Assembly (NCBI GenBank): GCA_963812605.1
Contig: CAWEWF010000004.1
Span: 320,001-384,000, forward strand
Direction: 5' to 3'
DNA: 64,000 nucleotides
Source: an uncultured Verrucomicrobiae bacterium
GTDB lineage: Bacteria; Verrucomicrobiota; Verrucomicrobiia; Palsa-1439
Positions 59,335 to 64,000 of the stretch are shown here, piece by piece. The first letter of the stretch is position 1. Each line of letters begins with the position of its first letter. Under the pieces are notes generated by a model. The model had not been told where the DNA came from. It ran no database searches and saw only the letters and a program-made list of their open reading frames with translations. Both the position numbers and the translations under genes were made by a program.

Positions 59335-61551
59335 GTGACGAACGGCAGCGAAATGAATCCTCATTCGTCAAACTCCCCTGAAATTCCCCGGTCAACCCCG
59401 CCAGCGGTCACCATTCTCACCCGCTTCGACGAGGACGATTCGACGTTTGCCGAGACCGCGCAGTCCATTCTTGACCAGTCGCTGCTGGATTGGGAGTGGC
59501 TGATCCTGCGGCTGGCTGTTAACCCCACTGATTCGCGATCACGGGAGGTCATTGATCGGTACCGGAACATGGACGCCCGGATCCGCATCATCGATATTCC
59601 AGGAAAGAATGGTGGCGCGGTATGGAACCGTGGCTTTCAGGAAGCGCGTGCACCATACGTGCTGCGGGCGAGCGATGGTGTTCAGCTGGATCGAACCTGC
59701 GCAGAGAAGTTCCTTTGGTACCTGGAATCGCATCCCGAATCCAGCTTCGTGGATGCACAGACGACAAGCGCGGATTCCGATCAGCCGCTTCTCATTGACG
59801 GGTTTTCCCAGGGACAACGGTTTCTCGAGCAACCGGTCCCGGTGGCGAGCGCGCTCATCCGTGTTAGCGTCCATCGGGCCGTCGGGGGTTACGATGAGAC
59901 GCTGCCTGACGAATTTGTCGATGGAGACTTTTGGCTGGCATGCGCGGATCGTGGATATTGGGGTGCGACGATTCCGGAAGTGCTCAGCCGTTGCCGTGGC
60001 GTGGCGCAGGATGGAAACGTCGGCTCCAATGGTAACCGCGAGTTCCGCCAGCGTGCGGAAATGAAGTACCCCCGCCTTTTCAAAACTGGTATTCCCGCGA
60101 TTGCGGAAGCCGGACACCCGGCTTTTGCGAGCGTGCCGGTGACCCTCCCCTGCTCGAACCGCCTTCCCAAAACCAAACCGCGATTGCTTATCATCCTGCC
60201 CTGGCTGAACGTGGGCGGCGCCGACAAATTCAACCTGGATTTGGTGGAGCAAGTGACGAAACGCGGTTGGGAAGTCACGATCGCCACGACGTTGCCAAGT
60301 GATCACCCATGGCTGGGCGAATTCATGCGTTTCACGACCGACATTTTTCTATTGTCGCGATTTCTGCGTTTGACCGACCAGCCGAGATTTCTTCGCTACC
60401 TCATCGAATCGCGCCAACCCGAGGTCGTGCTGCTGACGCACAGCGAATTCGCTCAACTGCTGTTACCATTTCTGCGCGCCTACTGTCCCCAGCCCGTGTA
60501 CCTCGACTATTGTCACATAGAAGAAGAGTCCTGGAAGAGCGGCGGACACGCCCGCGGCGCGGTGGATTACCAGGAACAACTCGATCTGGCGATTGTGACT
60601 AGCGAACATCTCAAGCAATGGATGGTGCGGCACGGCGCTGAACCGGACCGAGTCGAAGTCTGCTACATCAATGTGGATCCGGATCGTTGGCGCCCCGATC
60701 CGGCCCTGCGCGCGGAAGTCCGACGTGAAATGGGGATTGGGGACACGATCCCGGTTCTCTTATACGCTGGACGACTCTGCGAACAGAAGCAGCCAAAAGT
60801 ATTTGCGAGCGTGATGAAGAACCTGCGGCAACATGGGCTGGGCTTTCTGGCCCTGGTGGCCGGCGACGGCGGGGATTGGCCGTGGCTGGAACAGTTTGTC
60901 GGGCAACACCACCTCGGCGAGTGCATCTGGATGTTAGGGGCGGTCTCCAGCGCGCAGATGCAGCGATTGATGACAGCGAGCGATCTCTTCTTCCTGCCCT
61001 CGAAATGGGAAGGTATCGCGCTCTCGGCGTACGAGGCGATGGCTTCGGGATTGGTCGTGGTGGGGGCGGATGTAGGCGGCCAGCGGGAATTGATTACGGA
61101 AGACTCCGGGGTCCTCCTGCCAAAAGCGGAAACCGCTGTGGAAGTCGATCGCTATACGACCGCCATCGCCTGCTTGCTCGCGGAGCCACAACGCCGCGCG
61201 GAGATGGGGCAACATGCGCGCGCGCGCATCTGTCAGCACTTTCGTCTGGACGCCATGGGCGATCGGATGTTGGCGTTGTTCGACAAGGCGCGGTCCCTAC
61301 AGGCGACGCAGCCCCGTCCCCCGGTCAGCCGCGGGTTGGGTCGGGCTTGCGCGATTCAAGCCGTGGAATACACGCGACTGGATCGCCATGGCGACTGGAT
61401 GTGGCAACAACTGAATCGGAAATCTTCCTCCGCCAAAGACGATGAAACTCGGCCGGGAAGCGACGGCGGTAAGATTTGGACGAAACTTGGGCTTCGCGTC
61501 CTACCGCGACGGCGGCCGGGGCAAACCGCTCCGATTCCGCGACGCGGATAA
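59335..61551 (+). CDS. Bifunctional glycosyltransferase (degenerate GT2 plus GT4)
   Basis: The N-terminal GT2-like region (QSILDQSLLDWEWLI, VGGYDE) lacks a clear DxD. The C-terminal GT4 has LNVGGADKF, AGRLCEQKQP and WEGIALSAYEAMASG. Confidence 0.85.
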   Translation: MTNGSEMNPHSSNSPEIPRSTPPAVTILTRFDEDDSTFAETAQSILDQSLLDWEWLILRLAVNPTDSRSREVIDRYRNMDARIRIIDIPGKNGGAVWNRGFQEARAPYVLRASDGVQLDRTCAEKFLWYLESHPESSFVDAQTTSADSDQPLLIDGFSQGQRFLEQPVPVASALIRVSVHRAVGGYDETLPDEFVDGDFWLACADRGYWGATIPEVLSRCRGVAQDGNVGSNGNREFRQRAEMKYPRLFKTGIPAIAEAGHPAFASVPVTLPCSNRLPKTKPRLLIILPWLNVGGADKFNLDLVEQVTKRGWEVTIATTLPSDHPWLGEFMRFTTDIFLLSRFLRLTDQPRFLRYLIESRQPEVVLLTHSEFAQLLLPFLRAYCPQPVYLDYCHIEEESWKSGGHARGAVDYQEQLDLAIVTSEHLKQWMVRHGAEPDRVEVCYINVDPDRWRPDPALRAEVRREMGIGDTIPVLLYAGRLCEQKQPKVFASVMKNLRQHGLGFLALVAGDGGDWPWLEQFVGQHHLGECIWMLGAVSSAQMQRLMTASDLFFLPSKWEGIALSAYEAMASGLVVVGADVGGQRELITEDSGVLLPKAETAVEVDRYTTAIACLLAEPQRRAEMGQHARARICQHFRLDAMGDRMLALFDKARSLQATQPRPPVSRGLGRACAIQAVEYTRLDRHGDWMWQQLNRKSSSAKDDETRPGSDGGKIWTKLGLRVLPRRRPGQTAPIPRRG

Positions 61552-61622
61552 GGTCGCGGGTCCGCCCGAAAGATTTTGCTTCCCTAATCATCGGGGATTT
61601 TGTTGAGTGACTTGAGAATACA

Positions 61623-63017
61623 GTGAAAGTGAAAGCACAACGCAACGGTCAACCGATGGTGTCAGTAGTGATTCTGTCCCACAATTACGGACATGATCTC
61701 GCCCGTGCCTCCCGCAGCGTTTTCGAGCAAACATATGCGCCCATCGAGATCGTCATCCTCGATGTGGGCAGCGACGATAATACCTGGGAAGTTGCGCAGC
61801 AGATGGCCGGCGAGAACACGGGCATCCCCGTGCTCATGGAGCGATTGCCGAATGTCGGCCCCTCTCTTGCGCGCAACCGCGGCGTGGCGATGACCCGCGG
61901 TGAGTTTCTGTTGTTCCTCGACGCGGACGACTACCTGTCCCCCGAATACCTTGAGAAGACCGTGCCGATACTCGCCGCCAATCCCCGTGCTTCCTTGGTG
62001 TACGTGGACAGCCAGATGTTCGGCGATCAGACCGGTCGTTGGTCGCTTGGTCCCTACGATTTCAAGCGATTGTGTCGCGAGAACATGTTCCATTACTGCG
62101 CGCTGCTGCGGCGCGAGGCGTTCGATCAGGTCGGCGGCTTCGATGAGGAGAACTTTGGTTACTACGAGGACTGGGAACTGTGGATCCGCCTTGGCAAACA
62201 CGGATGGGACGCGATCCAGTTGCATGAGCCGTTGTTCTTCTATCAAAGCCATTACAACACCTCGTTGATGTCCTACTCGAAGCGGCTCAACAAAATTTAC
62301 CGCGCGTACGTCGTCAATCGGCACCCGGATCTCTACACCCGCGAAGAGTCGCAGGCGGCGCAGTCAACCCTCGCGGAGGCCCCCTCCGGTTGGCACAAAC
62401 GCCCCCCGATGAAGGGCGTCGAAAACATGAAACTCCTGGTCGCGCAATTTCCTGACAACCGCCACGCACTCTATTTTCTCGGGCTGGCCTTCCTCCAGGA
62501 ATGCCGGCCTCACGAGGCAGTCGCGATACTGGAGCACCTCTTGCAACTCCACCCGCAGGATGCCGACGCAAAGGTCGCGCTCCACAAGGCGCGACGGCTC
62601 GCTCCGTATTCCCGCGATCTGTCCGCGCTGGCCGTTGCGTACATGAAACGCACGAAACAATGCATCAACCGCAACGATTCCGAAGCCGCGCGCGATGAGT
62701 TGGCCCGGTACATTGGTGAACTGTTCGAGATTCCGGAAGACGACCCGCGCTTGATGCAGGCTGCCGACGTTGCCACGAATCACATACTCGATGTCGCGGA
62801 TGATTGGCAGCGGCTGGCGGAAGATCGTGAACGCCTCATCCATGAATTGCGCAATTGGATCGAAGAATTGCATAAGGGCAACGTCTGGCTTGAGGAACAG
62901 CGGAAGTTTTGGGAGCGCAAAGCCAAGGACGACAAGGTCCGCTGGTGGCGAACTCCCTCCAAGTCGGTCACTCGTTTTCTTAAGAACGAACGTCCCGCCA
63001 GCAAGACGACGAACTGA
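61623..63017 (+). CDS. GT2 glycosyltransferase with TPR-like segment and C-terminal coiled coil
   Basis: VSVVILSHNY, FLDADD, VGGFDE..GYYEDWELW; TPR-like ALYFLGLAF...LQLHPQDADA. Confidence 0.88.
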   Translation: MKVKAQRNGQPMVSVVILSHNYGHDLARASRSVFEQTYAPIEIVILDVGSDDNTWEVAQQMAGENTGIPVLMERLPNVGPSLARNRGVAMTRGEFLLFLDADDYLSPEYLEKTVPILAANPRASLVYVDSQMFGDQTGRWSLGPYDFKRLCRENMFHYCALLRREAFDQVGGFDEENFGYYEDWELWIRLGKHGWDAIQLHEPLFFYQSHYNTSLMSYSKRLNKIYRAYVVNRHPDLYTREESQAAQSTLAEAPSGWHKRPPMKGVENMKLLVAQFPDNRHALYFLGLAFLQECRPHEAVAILEHLLQLHPQDADAKVALHKARRLAPYSRDLSALAVAYMKRTKQCINRNDSEAARDELARYIGELFEIPEDDPRLMQAADVATNHILDVADDWQRLAEDRERLIHELRNWIEELHKGNVWLEEQRKFWERKAKDDKVRWWRTPSKSVTRFLKNERPASKTTN

Positions 63018-63045
63018 CTCTGCGCCATCTCGCCCGGGGCAATGA

Positions 63046-64000
63046 ATGAATGATCCCTTTTTCAGCCGATGGAGACCCGGTCACGCAGATTATGAACCAT
63101 CTTCGGTTCGTTTGACCGACCTGCTTTTTTTGTTGTCTTGCGTGATCCTGGTCTACCTTCCCGTTATTGTGGCCACGTACGCCTTCCAGGACGATTACAT
63201 GTATCTTGAGACTACGCGCGGAGGTTTCCACTGGATATGGACGGAGTTTGCAGCGGGTGGCCGGCCCTTGTTGATCATCCCAAACTTCCTGTCTTTTTCG
63301 ATGGTGTCCACGGTCCACGGCCTGAGTTTTGTGCGCGCCGCCACCGTTGCGGCCCTATGCCCGCTTGCGGTGGTGATTTATTTGGCCCTGTTCAGGGCCG
63401 GCTTTTCCACCAGACTGTCCGCGCTGCTGGCCTTCATACTTGTTACCCTGCCGGCTTTCCAAGTGGTCGCCGCCGTGTCGGGATGTGCCGTGTTTCCGTT
63501 GGTGGCAGCCACCACCGGCGTTTCTGCCTTTCTGGTCATGCAATCCACTGGAGACGCCAAAGCATTCGTGAGACTTGGAAGACTGGGTCTGGCTTGTTTG
63601 CTTTTACTGGCCGGAATGATGGTCTACCAGCCCGATGTCATGTTCTTCTGGGTCTTTGTTGCGATCCTCGCGTTGAGCCCGCGGGAGGGCATTCCCTTGG
63701 TGGCGCGGAAGGTATTCTACTGTCTGTTTGTTGGTGCCGTTGCCTGCATCATGGAGTTCCTTGTCGCGAAACTTGGAGTCGCGGTTTATGGACCTGTCGC
63801 GGGCTCGGCCCGATCCGGCATAACCCATGATGTGGTCGGGAAAATCCATTGGTTTCTCAAAGAGCCCCTCAAGAACGCGTTGAACCTGAATTCGATTGAC
63901 CCCACGGGGCGGTTCGCCGTCGCGAGCGCTATTTTCATCGTGGTCGGACTGTTCCTCTACTTCGGCGGTTCCCTGCGGTATCGGCTAACCATGTTGGCCA
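63046..64000 (+). CDS. GtrII-like (GT-C) membrane glucosyltransferase, partial
   Basis: Not in the ORF track because it has no stop in the window. Manual translation MNDPFF...VILVYLPVIVATYAFQDDYMY...AAGGRPL shows a TM followed by the DD and GRP pattern. Confidence 0.65.
   Translation, partial: MNDPFFSRWRPGHADYEPSSVRLTDLLFLLSCVILVYLPVIVATYAFQDDYMYLETTRGGFHWIWTEFAAGGRPLLIIPNFLSFSMVSTVHGLSFVRAATVAALCPLAVVIYLALFRAGFSTRLSALLAFILVTLPAFQVVAAVSGCAVFPLVAATTGVSAFLVMQSTGDAKAFVRLGRLGLACLLLLAGMMVYQPDVMFFWVFVAILALSPREGIPLVARKVFYCLFVGAVACIMEFLVAKLGVAVYGPVAGSARSGITHDVVGKIHWFLKEPLKNALNLNSIDPTGRFAVASAIFIVVGLFLYFGGSLRYRLTMLA

Overview
This is a GC-rich bacterial window. The gene content suggests Verrucomicrobiota, but that is an inference. 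From left to right: (1) 1-13.9 kb is a minus-strand array of secreted proteases: a Nal1/trypsin-like protease and two giant paralogous KP-43-type S8 subtilases with different C-terminal Ig-like modules, both broken by many single-base indels. (2) 14-17.9 kb is a scrambled accessory scar with DUF3486-like and KTSC genes and the two ends of an MTase-Mrr gene. (3) 18-23.6 kb is a GbsR-regulated membrane operon containing a DCC1(CxxC)-MBOAT fusion. (4) 23.6-42.2 kb is a putative glyco(sphingo)lipid locus: ACP-FabZ fusion, KAS, SDR, serine-palmitoyltransferase-like enzyme, four glycosyltransferases, a deacetylase, and a nearby 2xTolC/MFP/ABC exporter. (5) 42.3-45.5 kb holds vapBC, cassette-like genes and a truncated IS110 whose bridge-RNA guides can be read directly and match its REP insertion site. 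(6) 45.6-52.3 kb holds a TetR-HlyD-ABC efflux operon and an S53 sedolisin. (7) 52.3-64 kb is a Wzm/Wzt polysaccharide locus with a methyltransferase carrying a 105-bp tandem-repeat coiled coil, a WbdD-like 'ruler' candidate whose motif recurs in a neighbouring GT2. I recognised no rRNA, tRNA or CRISPR array. Family assignments come from motifs read by eye, not from database searches. Many frameshifts are probably sequencing or assembly indels.
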